A stretch of DNA of 64,000 nt. Source: Phaeosaccion multiseriatum. Lineage: Eukaryota > Protista > Ochrophyta, other classes. Positions within the stretch are counted from its first letter, which is position 1. Every line of letters starts with the position of its first letter. Shown here piece by piece: positions 32,883-45,209 of the stretch. The stretch lies in the NCBI GenBank assembly GCA_965112735.1, contig OZ218955.1:2914001-2978000 (forward strand), written 5' to 3'. The notes beneath the pieces are model-generated. The model was not told the origin of the DNA. It saw only the letters and a list, made by a program, of their open reading frames with translations, and did not search any database. A program made the translations under genes and the position numbers.

Positions 32883-34346
32883 CTAGACTCCCCAGGGCGT
32901 CACCAGCGACCGAATCCTCGCGAGAATCCCGCCCTCCTTGCTGGACGCTGGGCCACCAGTCCTTCGCATGAGGTGTAGTGCGGCCGCTGCTGCCTGACTG
33001 AGACGTTCCTCAATCTCGGGACCCATTCCATTCCTCCGTGCACCAGCCAAGGCCTTGTCCACCGAGGCATCTGCCAAGAGGAGCTGCAGCGCCGTGCCGG
33101 GCTGGCTCCTGTAGATGGCGGAAAGCAGAGGGGTGCCGCCGTTCGATAGTTGGGCATCGATGGGACATCCCGCAGAGATGAGACGGGCCACGACTGCCTG
33201 GTGCCCATTCGCCGCAGCAACGTGGAGGGGTGTCATCCCACCCCTGCTGCCTTGCTCGACCCTCGCTCCTGCCGACAATAGACGCCCTACCACGATGTCG
33301 TGCCCCTGTTGGGCGCTCCAGAGTAGAGGAGTGGCACCACTGGCCTCAGATGCGACCACGTCTGCGCCGGCCGATACAAGCTTCTCCACCACAGCAAAAT
33401 GTCCGAACTGGGCGGCCAAGATGAGAGGGGTAGCGCCGAAATGGTCCCTCGCATTCACACTGACACGCTCATTGAGGAACTGCTGTACGATGGAGGTATG
33501 GCCCTCCTGCGCAGCCACTTGTAGCGGAGTTGTGCCCTTGTTGTCGGCCTTGGTTATACTGGCCTGGGCTCGGATGAGCTGCTGTACCACTAAATCGTGG
33601 CCCATGTACGTCGCCATGAGGAGGGGAGTGCGTCCGTCATTGTCGGCTTTGTTCACGTCTGCTTGGGCTGAAATGAGCTGCGCAACCACGGTGCTGTGCC
33701 CATTCTGGGAGGCAAGAAATAGCGCAGACAAGCCTTCCATGTCGACGAAGCTCACATCAGCATGCGCTGAGAGTAGCTGCTGCACCACAGCGGAATACCC
33801 TTTTTCGGAAGCAAGAATCAAAGGCGTTACCCGGGCGAGATTGGCTTGATCGACATCGGCTCCGCTGTGCAGGAGCCGTCTCACTACCTCGTTGTGTCCG
33901 TATTTGCTAGCCATTATTAGTGGCGTGTCCTCGTAAGTCCCCCCTCTGCTGCTGAAGGAGGCCCCTTCCTGCAAGAGAAAGTCCACGACATCCAGCCGAC
34001 CGTGCATCGCAGCCCGAAGCATAGTGTCGTCGATAGCCTGCTGATCCAAGGTCGCTTTGCCGTGTTTGGCGATGAACTTCCCCACCAGCGCCTTCACAGA
34101 CTGGAAGCTCTCCCCTGGTGTCTCGAGGGCGTGGTAGAGTCGCCGGCTCTATGAAGTAGCAGCCAAGTTCCGAAGGCAGGGCGGAAAAAGAGAGAGTGAA
34201 GCAAACGGGTGGCATGGATCAGCGGCTAGGTGCACACCGGGTTGAAGAGCTGGGAAGCAGGGGCGAGTTGCTTGGTCAACTTACTCATTCTCCATAACCT
34301 GTGCTCTTACCTCGGGCGCTAAGGCCTGCCGCTCGGCCCGCTCCAT
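32883..34346 (-). CDS. Ankyrin-repeat protein (about 10 repeats); short first exon from ATG 34346, main exon ~34148-32883
   Basis: Repeated TPLxxAxxxGHxxVVxxLxxAGAxV motifs; in-frame donor GAG|GTAAGA and acceptor TAG|AGC. Confidence 0.9.
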
Positions 34347-34602
34347 GGTGAGCAAGGAGCAACCGCTCTTCCTCACTCGCCCATCCGCTGAACCGGCAGC
34401 GTCGCTGAGCAGAGAGGGGGTGGGTAGGGGCTCTGTATGCGGTGGTCACTCTGCCTACCCAGGCTCTTCTTCATGCTCTCTGCTTTGAGGAGCAGTTAGC
34501 GCTCAGGTATATGGAGTATCGTGAGGAGGAACTTCGACTACTACACAGGATGGAGTTAGTTTGCAAGCGAGCGAGCAGTAAGTGTATGCCTTTCATTAGA
34601 CT

Positions 34603-36121
34603 TTAAGGGGGGACAACCCCGGCACCCACTCCACAACACGGGCTTCCGCCCTTTTGTTCTTCCTGAGCTTCACAATACTGGGTTGCAAACTGTTGTCCAA
34701 AAAAAAAACTGTCCTCCCATTCCACTTCCTCCTCTTCCTCCTCCTCGCTATCGTCCTCCTCCTGCTGCTGCTCCTCCTCCTCGTCCCCGTCTTGCCTCTC
34801 ATGCTGCCGATACGCCCCGCCTTTAATATCCAGCACCTCTTCTTTGCAGGTCACCTCACCAGTTCGATCTCTTCTGCAGCTGTCAAGACTCTGCTGCCGC
34901 CTTTGCGTCTCCTTCCTCGCCAAATCCTCGGCTGCATCAGGCCCACGGCTCGACCATTGCATGTGGGGGAGGAGCAGCGCGAGAAGGAGTATGAACACAC
35001 AGCATCCTCCCACAAGCCCCGTTAGGAATGAATAAATACTTGGACTGAATCCTCCTGCTGCTGCTTCTGTAACCCCCGATCGCTCCCTCTCTTGTCCACT
35101 GCTACCAGATCCGAGCGGCACTACCAGTGCATTACACACGCCAGGCCCCTCGCCTTGCCGCTCTTGCTCTCCTTTGTCGTCCGTATTACCCTCTTCCAAT
35201 CCCCCCTGCACTGGCTCTTCCTGCTGTTCCTTCTCCTCCTCCTTCTGTTGGCGGTTCTCTTCCACTGCACCCGCCGTGCCTCCCCCTGTTTCCTGATCCT
35301 GCTCTTGTCCATGATACCCCATCTTCTCCTGCCCCGCTCCACGCACACCATGCTGCTCGACAGTCGCTGTCGCCGCCTTCCGATCGAGCTCCACCTCCGT
35401 CGCCCCCGTCTCCGCCACGACCAACACACCAGCAGGCTCAGTCACAGCAACAGACAAGCTTCGAGTCATCGCCCTGCCATCCCCCCCTTCTTCCCCGCCT
35501 CCGTCTACCATTGTGCTGAGCCCCGATGCCCAAGAAGACGAAGCGACATCACCACTAGCAGTAGCAGCCGGAGCCCCCCTGAGAGCCTCGTCAGAAGGCG
35601 GCCAGCTATTTCCCGAGGGTGGCGGTACCAGCAGACTAGTACAACCCTCACCAACCTCTCGCCTCCGCTTACGCGTAACTGTAACGAGCTTCTCCAAGAC
35701 TTTGAGCTGCTCAATGCTCGAGCGCCTGATGCTGCTTGGGCAGTACCCAGACCCACTCCCTGCTCGCCTCTGCCTCTGTACAGAGCCTACACTCGTTGCC
35801 GCCGCTCCTCCTACCCCTCGCCCCTCCCAAGCTGCGCGCCATGCGACTTCTGCTGCCGCTGCTGCTGAAGCGACAACTGCTGCGGTTGCTGCTGTATCGC
35901 CAACCACTTCTCCTGCTGCTCCTCCTTCTGTATCACGACTTACTGCTGCCGCTGCTGGTAACGTCGATGGTGATGACGGTAACGAGGGCGGTAACGCAGC
36001 TGTCGCTTCCTCCGGTCCTTCCCGTTTCTGGAAGACCTCGGGCCGGCCTCCACCACCGCTGTTGTTGCTGCTGCTGCTGTCGATGGTGGTGGCCGTTTGG
36101 CTTCCTTTGCTGCTGCTGCTG

Positions 36122-36152
<31 letters not shown>

Positions 36153-36861
36153 CGCTGGTCATGATGACCATATGACTGCTTCTGCTGCCGCTACTGGCCC
36201 TGTCCCATGCGGGCGCTGCCCTGCCCTGCCTCCCGTCCATGTGGGCCCTGAGAAGGCGCAATCTCTTGGCCACTTCCGCGCTACTTTTCTCTGCTAACGG
36301 GATCTCGCTGCCACTACTACTGCTACTACTGCTGGTGCTACTATTACTACTACTACTGCTGCTACTTCTTTTGCTCTGCCTGCTGCTCCTCACACTACTG
36401 CTGTTGTCGCTGACGAAGCAGGTGGAGGAAGTGCCGTTGGGAGAAGGGCATGGCACCGCGCCGCTGCACATCGGAGGCTCAGTCGGGCTGGAACACGCTG
36501 TAGTCAAGTTCGCGGCGCTTCCCAGAGGCTTTCGTCGCGCCAATGGTGAGAGGGACAGACGCTCCTGAATAAGCAGGGGCGGGGATTTGCCCTCGTTCTC
36601 CTTCTCCTTGGTGTCCCGAGGAGGGCGGCGGCTCTCTTCCTGCTCCGAGCCCTTCTGCTTCCCTGCCTCGATCCTACTTTGGCTCTTTCTTTGATCCATC
36701 TTACTGTGGCTGCTGCGGCTTCTGCCATCCCTGGGCGAGACCACCCTGCGGGACCCAACCTCATCCTTGAGGATCTCTCCCTCCTCCTTCCCTTTCTGCT
36801 GTTCTAGTCTCTTAATCGCTTGATTTCTCAGCGCCGAGAGGGCCACAGATTGAAGATCCAT
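34603..36861 (-). CDS. Intronless 752-aa low-complexity protein with one predicted TM helix near the C-terminus; function unknown
   Basis: Long ATG ORF; hydrophobic segment FLTGLVGGCCVFILLLALLLP; no recognisable domain. Confidence 0.6.
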
Positions 36862-37020
36862 GGCTTTACACTATTACGAATGGTGGGGACGTGCCACAGC
36901 TGCTGCGCTGCTGCACATTGCTCTTCTCTAAAGAGGAAACGTCGGTTTGGGAAGGGCCAGGTATTACTCTTAGGAAGGGTTAGAAGCTGAAACTTTTTTT
37001 TGTTTGACCCTGCCGGGCGT

Positions 37021-38029
37021 TCGGCTCCAGACTGGCCTAGAAACCTACCTAGGCTTTAGGCTTTAGGCCTTATATAAGCCTAGAGACGAAATTCGGCCGG
37101 CCTAGGGGGGCCGCAGGCCCCCGGCCTAGGCCTAGAGGGGGCCGCAGGTCCCCGGCCTAGGCCTATTTTTGGCGCAGCCCCCCCGGCCTAGGCCTATCGA
37201 CCCTGGACAAGACTACGGTGTGCCGGCCGTAATCAGAATCAGATGATCTTGTGTCCAGAGTCGACTCCCTCCCTCCCTCCCTCCCTCCCTCCCTCCCTCC
37301 CTCCCTCCCTCCCTCCCTCCCTCCCTCCCTCCCTCCCTCCCTCCCTCCCTCCCTCCCTCCCTCCTTCCCTCCCTCCTTCCCTCCCTCCCTCCCTCCCTCC
37401 CTCGCTCCCTCCCTCCCTCCCTCCCTCCCTCCCTCCCTCCCTCCCTCCCTCCCTCCCTCCCTCCCTCCCTCCCTCCCTCCCTCCCTCCCTCCCTCCCTCC
37501 CTCCCTCCCTCCCTCCCTCCCTCCCTCCCTCCCTCCCTCCCTCCCTCCCTCCCTCCCTCCCTCCCTCCCTCCCTCCCTCCCTCCCTCCCTCCCTCCCTCC
37601 TCCCTCCCTCCCTCCCTCCTTCCCTCCCTCCCTCCTTCCCTCCCTCCCTCCCTCCCTCCCTCCCTCCTTCCCTCCCTCCCTCCCTCCCTCCTTCCCTCCC
37701 TCCCTCCCTCCCTCCCTCCCTCCCTCCCTCCCTCCCTCCTCCCTCCCTCCCTCCCTCCCTCCCTCCCTCCCTCCCTCCCACGATCCTGGACAAGATTACG
37801 GTGTGCGCCGGCCGTAATCAGTAATCAGCCCCCGGCTGGCGCATAATCAGTACTCAGGCCGGCTTAATTACTAATCAGATAGGTTGAGGCCTAGGCCTAG
37901 AACCGCCGGCCTAGGGAGAAAAAATGGCCGGCCTAAAGCGGCCAACGGCCGCCGGCCTAGGCCTAGAGTGGGCGTAGGCCGCTCGGCCTAGGGCCTAGAG
38001 CATAGGCTTCTAGGCCAGTCTGGAGCCGA
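37021..38029. mobile_element. Non-autonomous TIR element (MITE-like) B, 1009 bp, with central (CCCT)n
   Basis: Perfect 22-bp TIR TCGGCTCCAGACTGGCCTAGAA (37021-37042 / 38008-38029; 27 bp with 1 mismatch); perfect 6-bp TSD GGGCGT (37015-37020, 38030-38035); GGCCTAGGCC subterminal repeats. Confidence 0.92.
37265..37779. repeat. (CCCT)n microsatellite of about 515 bp inside element B
   Basis: Seen directly; it explains the spurious PPSL/GREG ORFs here. Confidence 0.97.
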
Positions 38030-38045
38030 GGGCGTCCTAATCAAC

Positions 38046-38127
38046 AGCCAGGTAGATTGGTGGTATCCAAGTCTATCGCCAACATTAGCCAGGTAGATTG
38101 ATGGTATCCAAGTCTATCGCCAACATT
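38046..38127. repeat. 41-bp tandem duplication beside element B
   Basis: AGCCAGGTAGATTG(G/A)TGGTATCCAAGTCTATCGCCAACATT x2. Confidence 0.92.
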
Positions 38128-38994
38128 AAAGGGTTAGACCAGTGCCTCATCTCCTCACCCCGACCCCGCCCCGCCCCTGTCTTTTCTTTTCTCCATGATG
38201 CGAAGGTCGGTGACACCACCCCCGGACGCATGACACAGGAGTACTCCACCGACCTCTGGCTGAGCATGACGGATTTGTACCACTCAGTCACCAAGAAGGG
38301 ACTTGGCCGACGGGAAGAAGGTGGCCTTCGCGTTTGGGATCGAGGGTTGTGACCCTGAATATCAGTTTTTTTTTACTGTGAGGGAAGGGGCTCCCCAGAA
38401 GATCCCGAGAACCCTCTGTGCATTCCGGGCTCCGATGCGGGATTCCCCTACAGCGTCAAATTTGTCTGAGCACGCCCCCACAGGCAGGCAAATTTACAGG
38501 TGCAGTTGGTGATACAGTCAGTCGGTCGCATGCGTCCCCTACATAGCAGCTGAGCAGGAAACATGCTTAAAGAGAAAACAAGAAGAGAAGAGGGGAGGAA
38601 CAGAAAAGTAAAGTAACCTCACCTGTTCATTTTCAGCGACGCTGCCATCTAGTACCATCCACTGCCATCCCCTCCTCCTCACATCAAAGACAGAGGGTCG
38701 GTCGCAGCCGGCTCGCTTTTGATGATGGTACCCGGACGACCTCTGTGCCCCCCGTCCATGCTCCATCGAGTGGTACCGCCATCGCTGCCCGACGGAGTCA
38801 AGTGATCCAGTGAGTGCCAGTTTGTGAGGGGGCGCACTTGACCTCACCCTCGGGCAGGGGGGTGGGGGCTGAGCAGCGATCCATCGGTGACTACTTGTCC
38901 CTCCTTCCGGCTTCCATTCCCAGAAACCACTTGGGTGGAGATCGTTCCCTCCCCTGCTCAGGGCGTGTGTACGTTCTACGCTCCACACTCACCC

Positions 38995-39106
38995 ACACAT
39001 CAGACCCTCTTCTGCCATGGCCTATCCACATCAGACCCTCTGCTGCCATAGCCTATCCACATCAGACCCTCCGCTGCCATGGCCTGTCCACATCAGACCC
39101 TCTGCT
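38995..39106. repeat. ~31-bp tandem repeat, about 3.5 copies
   Basis: Unit approximately CACATCAGACCCTCTGCTGCCATGGCCTATC. Confidence 0.88.
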
Positions 39107-39385
39107 GGGAAACTTGGCTCTCGGTTGGTAAGGTAGGGTGTAAGGTTTAGGGTGTTACCTCCTCCGACGGGGTGGTACCTTTGGTATAAAGCATCCTTCG
39201 AAATGTCCCATCCATCCAAAAGTAGGACGGGAGCTCCTGCAGGAGAGTGTTGCCTCGTCTCGTGAACCCGTCTGTCGACACTCCTCCCAGAGCTCTCCGG
39301 GATCTGCCGCCCTGGGTCCAGCGCAAAGATCGCCGCTCATCTTTCCTCCTCCCTTCCGGCCTTGCTCCTCCTCTTGTCATTCTGA

Positions 39386-40761
39386 TCAGCGCTCCAGCCC
39401 TGTCCACAAGTCTTCCTCATCCTCATCCTCGTTCTCGTCCACATCATAATCGCCATAGCCTTCTTGTGCACCAAAGTCACCCTCTTCACCCTCTTCAAAA
39501 TCTCCCTCTTCGTCATCGTAGTCCACACCGCTCATCATGTCGTCAAAGAGAAGCTCCCCCTCCTCCTTGCCGTACTTTGCCACCATTGCTGCCCTCAGGA
39601 CTCGCTCCACCTTCGCCCTAACAGCACCCTCCTCGCCCCCCTCCCCCTCCCCCTCCTCTGCCCCTTCTTCCTTCATCTCCGCGTCCATGTCCGCGCTGGT
39701 CTCTTCTGCTCCGCTCCAGCGAAGGATATGATCAAACACCCCTTCCTGCACAGTCTCGTCCATGTACTGAGAGGCCACGGCGATGCTCGGTTCGAGGTGG
39801 TAGACTTGGTGAAACCACCTTGGAAGAATATGGCGAGAGAGTGGCGAGTAGCGAGTGGCGGCGTAGAGGTGCGGTAGGCACACAGAGAGAGGCACAGCAG
39901 GTGAAGGACGGAGGCGAGATCAGGTCAGGTCAGATCAGGTCAGCGAGGACGAGTCAGGTCAGAGGTACTAGCGCCGTTGCTGTAAATCTAAATCTACGCG
40001 TGGAGAGGAGACGGGAGGCGGTGCGCAAGGCAAGACTTCGAAGCACAGCAAAGCAAAGCAAAACGGCACCACGCCCGCCCGCCCGCCCGCACGCCCGCAC
40101 GCACGCCCGCACGCACGCACGCACGCTCATATGCACACACCTGGGTGGGATGACGATGAGATCTCCCTCTTCCTGCACCACCTGCACAGATGGCGGAAGC
40201 TTGCCCTGTGCGGTGCCCTGCAAGTCCTCCGAGGGGCTGAAGAAACCCTCGTAGGGCGAAGGGCGTCGCTGCTCCCCCTCCCCCTCTCCGTTCGAGGCGT
40301 CATTCTGCAGCTGCGGTGTACCTACGACTTGCTGCGTGAAGTACACGTCTGTGGAGGACTCCCACCCTGTGTGTGTGACGAAAGAGAACGAAAAAAGAAA
40401 ACAAATCAGGGTGGGGAGGCAGAGGAAGCGGGAGTGCAGTGATGACAGTAATCATAGTTCGTACCTGCGCTGAGTTGGTAGTCGTCCCAAGCGCTCGGCG
40501 GGAGGCGATAGGCGTCCAGGGCCTGCTCCGTCTCCTCGGAGGGCGGAAAGAAGGTCCACAGCTTGCGTCCCTCCAACAACAAGTTCCAGCCCACCCACTC
40601 GAAGGGGTCGGCGTGCAGGGTGGACCTCGCCCCGACCCCTCCGATGATGAGGCAGTTCTTCTTGGGTTGGGCGCGTCGGGGGAAGAGCTCGAAGCGGTCC
40701 TTACCGAAGAAGGAGGTGGGTAGGCAAAGCTGCCGCTCCAGTGCGGTGGCCCTTCCTTCCG

Positions 40762-40802
<41 letters not shown>

Positions 40803-41615
40803 CTGCTGCTTGATTGTCCATCGTTACCCGTACCCTCCTCGCCCTCGTCGCTGCCGCCGTCTTGACCAACACCATCGCCATCGCCTTCGCCATCGCCATC
40901 GCTATCGAGTAGTCGAGCCGCCTCCCTATCTTCTCTCCGTACCAGCGCCGTGAGAAGGCCCTCGTCGAGTAAGTACCAGGCCTCATCGTGGATGGAGAGG
41001 TCGCTCAGGTCCTCCAAGAACACCCTGAGAGGGGACGTGAAGAGCTCCGTCTTGCTGCTCCACACAGTCTTCTTGACAATGGCCTTTGCCGCCACCGCTT
41101 TGCTGTTCTTCGCCGCCTTCTTCGCCTTTCGCTTGCTGGTAGCCTTCTTTTTCGTTTTGTTGTTGTTGCTATTGTTGCTGCCTTCAGCTCCTGCCTCGAC
41201 CTTGATTTCCCTCTTCACCTTGGACCTGATTTGGTACGAGACCTCCTCCTGCCCGGCCACATCTAGCAGGGCCGCGGTCCACTCCTCCCTATCCCAGTCG
41301 AACACCCCTGTCAGACACACTGGCATGCCCTTTGCGCAGCCAAACCTCGACCTGAACTCTAATAAGAAAGGAGGGCCGGACAGAGGGACGTAAAAAAGAG
41401 TAAAGTGAGGCCCTTCCGACTGAGCATTGCACTGCGAATAGGAAAGAAGCAAGCCTTCATCTAAATACTACTTGTGAGGTTACCGTTCACCTACCCGCGG
41501 GTGTGAGCTCTGACAAGGGTATCTTAGGAACAGAGGCCGGAGCAGAGAGGGCAAACCCATGGCTCCCCTCGACCAGCAGAAGCACTGCTGCTCCGATGCA
41601 TGCGCAGCTTCGCAT
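39386..41615 (-). CDS. JmjC-domain 2OG/Fe(II) oxygenase (JMJD6/JMJD4-like) with N-terminal signal peptide; exons 41615-41495, 41358-40465, 40366-40141, 39818-39386
   Basis: LIIGGVGARSTLHADP...WNLLLEGRKLWTFFPP and VQEEGDLIVIPPR|WFHQVYHLEPSIAV give an intact HxD...H triad; leader AVLLLVEGSHG|FAL. Confidence 0.9.
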
Positions 41616-42412
41616 ACAGCCAGATACCAACGGAGTCATCGGCTTCTGACTATGGTGCTGAAAAGCATGCCCACGCCCTTTGTCAATCATCTTTACGCGT
41701 ACGCGTCTTTGTGGGGTGCAGCAGAAGTCGACAACCAACTCGCGCAAGAAACACCATTTGTGATTTATTTATATCCTCTCGAGACGACGACCACCTCTAA
41801 AGCAACTAAACGCCAAAGCATAGAAGGAGGAGGGGGTCGAAGCCGGTCTGCAGCAGGTCACACAAACGTACCAATCGACGCAGTCAACGCCCACCACCCA
41901 CCCAACACCCGACCCGAGGTGACGTGACGTGAGGTGAGATGAGGTGAGGCACCTAGTCATGCCCTGTGGCCCCTCGGTCCGTTGCCGTTGTGGCCGACTG
42001 TCTCCCTTGCTTGTCGCCCCCATCTGGTGCGAGCTATTAGGTGCTCTAGCAACTGCATCACTACTGCCATCACTGTGATCAGTTGCATCACTGCACCTCA
42101 CCGCCTCACTGCTGCCCCACTCGATTCTTCCCTGAGTGGCGCATCCTCCATCGCTTCCGTATACCCACAGCACAGCACAGCTCGGAGCCGCTCCATGCCA
42201 CCAGGTGCTTCGCCCGGCATTGTCCGTTACCTCCTCCGCGTGAGGCAAGGGCCCCTCAACCGGTGCTGCTGCTCCTCTGCCTCTGTCCTCTGGTAACTGC
42301 TTCTGCATGTACGTCCTGACACTGACTCTTGTACCACTACCACTTGCCACACTGCATCTTGTCACACTACCTCCTGCCGCTGCCTCTGTCAGCCAACTCC
42401 TCAGCTCACTCA

Positions 42413-45169
42413 TCATGTTTGCAGCAGGGGATACATTTGCCATGTGAAGAAGACGAGCAGCAGCAACGTCACTAGGCAGCTCACAAAGAGCTCGTTGCAG
42501 AGGGTGTCGAGAGACATGACACCCAGTACCGTGATGCCGAAGTCACCCGCAAAGCGAGCGAATGTGCCTGCCTCCGTGGCCTTTGCGTGAATGCGCAAAT
42601 AGCATCAGCGAGGGGAGGTGGTGGTGGTGGTGGTGGAGGAGGAGGAGAAGAAGAAGGAGGAAGAGGAGAAGGAGGAGGAGGAGGAGGAGGAGGGGGAGGA
42701 GGAGGAGGAAGGAGTAGAAGGAGGAGGAGGAGGAGGAGGAGGAGGAGGAGGAGGAGGAGGAGGAGGAGGAGGAGGAGGAGGAGGAGGCATCAGTAGCAGC
42801 GATGGCGGCAGTTAGGGGTGATCGCAGGCAGGCGGCAACGCGCAATCCCTGCTTTTGTTACTCTGCAATCCCTGCTTTTCCAATAAAGTACCCATAAACA
42901 GGGAAAGAAACGTGCGCACAGCAAGGGTTCGTCGCAGTTCGCTCTGTTGGGGCGGGGTCCACACGGCTGTATGAAGCAAAAAAAATGTGGAGGAAAGAAG
43001 CCGAGAGTCAAAGCCCCCAAGGGAAAGTGGGAGGCCACGCACCAGAAAGCCGCTGTTGAAGGTGCCGGAAGCAAGCTCCGGGGGAATGATCTTACTCAGT
43101 ACCGACATGATGACGCCTTCGTGGGCCTGTGGACACGGCACGCGCGCATACATACACACACACACCAGTGGGGGGTGGGGGGGGGGGGAGAGACGTCTCA
43201 AATGCGTGCACGGCACAGAGACACTGTAGCTCCTACTGGCGTTAAGCCCTCACAGCGCGTGAGTGTGCGGTGTGAAAGCAAGAGCGGGACGAGGAGGGCA
43301 GGGTAGAGCAAGCGAGAAGAAGAAAAAGCAAGAACAACCAAGCAAGGCAAGGCACAAGCAGGGGGGCCAGCAGGCAAGCACGTTGGTGGTACAGCACCTG
43401 CAGGGCGACGAAGCAGAAGGCCGTCCCCACCACGTACTGCCCCTCTGTGTAGGTGAAGAAGGAGCTCAGGTCAAGAATCACCACACACCCCAGCACAGAC
43501 GCTACAGTCAGTGCCTGCAGCAGCCATCTGTGACAAGAGGGGGAGGGAGAGAGGGGAGGGAGGGGAGGGAGAGGGAGGGAGAGTCAGTGAGTGAGTGAGT
43601 GAGTGAGTGAGTTAGTGCGTGCGCGAGTGGGTGGGTGAGCGAGTGAGTGAGTGAGTGATTGAGTGGGTCGGTGAGTGCGTGTGAGCGAGTGAGAGAGACA
43701 GACACCTAGAGACAAAAACCGTACAGAAGAAGTGGGGTGAGTGGGCGATCCAGTGGCGCCACGTGCGGAACATCAGGCAAGCAAAGACATGAACATGGAC
43801 AACGTAGCATACCTGTCCTCGAAGCGCTGCGAGAGGTGTCCCACGATGACGTTGACAGGGAGGGTCATGAGGCCCATGGCAGCCATCAGGGTGCCCACCC
43901 TCGCCACACTCCACTCAAACAGGTACTGTCAAGCACGATGTCAAGCACAGGGGGGGAGAGGAGGGGGAGAGGGAGACACGGCCAGGGTCAGAGAAGAGGT
44001 CAGAGTCAGGGTGAGGATAGGGGTGAGGAGAGGGTGAGTAAAAATGGATGGGGCAGATAGATAGATAGATAGATAGATAGATAGGTAGACAGATACGTAG
44101 ACAGTGCATATACAATGCCCATGCACAGCAAACTAACCTCAGTCAAGACCGGCGCAGACGAGACGAGTGCCTCTGTGACGAGCTTGTTGACAAAGTAACC
44201 GAAGAGGCAAAACGTCACGGGCAGCGGCACCAGGACCCACTTGCCCTTTCCCCCCTTCCCTCCTCTGGGTTGTTGTGGATCGTCTCCCAACTCGCTCTCC
44301 ATGCTCTGTTGCGTCTTGAGAACGAGCTTCTTGCGGAGACTGTTCCCTCTGTGATCACTCGCCCCGTCGCCACTACCCTCATTTCCTCCGCCACCGGCAG
44401 CAGCGCCAGCGCCAGCGGCAGGGGAGGTATTGACGTAGCTGGTGCTGCCGTTGGAGCCGCCGCCGCCGCTCAGCAGCGCCGTCGTCTCTGTGGACAGCAT
44501 GTCTGCCGCTGTATCACCATCTGCTGCTGCTGCTGCTGCTGCCATGCCGTTCGAGTCACGGGGAGAGTTGGGCGCACTCCAGTCGGAGGGGGGCTGCGGG
44601 GGCTGAGTAGAGGCATATGGGTCCAAAGAGCAGAGAGAAGAGGTATATGGGTCAAAAGAGCAGAGAGGAGAGGCGTGCGGGGGCAGAGAAGAGCACAGGA
44701 GCACGAGGAGAAGCCGTAGATGTGGTGAATAAGAGTGTAAGAGCGTGCGCGAGTGAGTGAGTGAGTGAGTGAGTGAGTCAGTGAGTGAGTGCGTGCGTGC
44801 GTGCGTGCGTGCATGCGTGCGTGTGTGCCAAGACAAGACAAGACCAGTCAAGACAACGCTATGCCACACACTTACGCTCTTGGTGGAGTTGTATCTGTAG
44901 TCGGGTTCCTTCCATCCCCATATGATGAGACCCGCGAGAACGAGCCACGCTGCGAACATGAACCACCCCGGCCCCGTCAGGCCATTGAAGATGAAGATGC
45001 CGCAGGTGAAGTCCATCTTATTGAGCAGCGCCGCCACAGCGGGCCCAAATGCCATGCCCAGTGCCCCGATGGCCACGAAGGAGGCGCTGTAGAATGTTCG
45101 GTCCTCGAGAGGGATAGTGTCTGCGATGAAGCGACGGTTCACGCCACGCGCGCCGCCTTTTGTTCGTGT

Positions 45170-45209
<40 letters not shown>

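Noticed and set aside
37239-37824. GREG/PPSL repeat ORFs
   Set aside because: Translations of the (CCCT)n microsatellite within element B.
31881-38029. One composite transposon or Polinton spanning elements A to B
   Set aside because: Each element has its own TIRs and TSD, and no transposase, integrase, polB or capsid gene is present.
39140-39156. Telomere-like TTTAGGG
   Set aside because: Single unit, no array.
38200-39380. Coding-looking fragments between element B and the JmjC stop
   Set aside because: Short, frame-broken and with no recognisable domain; possibly decayed, but unsupported.
41769-42443. 224-aa minus-strand ORF
   Set aside because: Overlaps the SPX-MFS stop and 3' UTR; low complexity with no domain.
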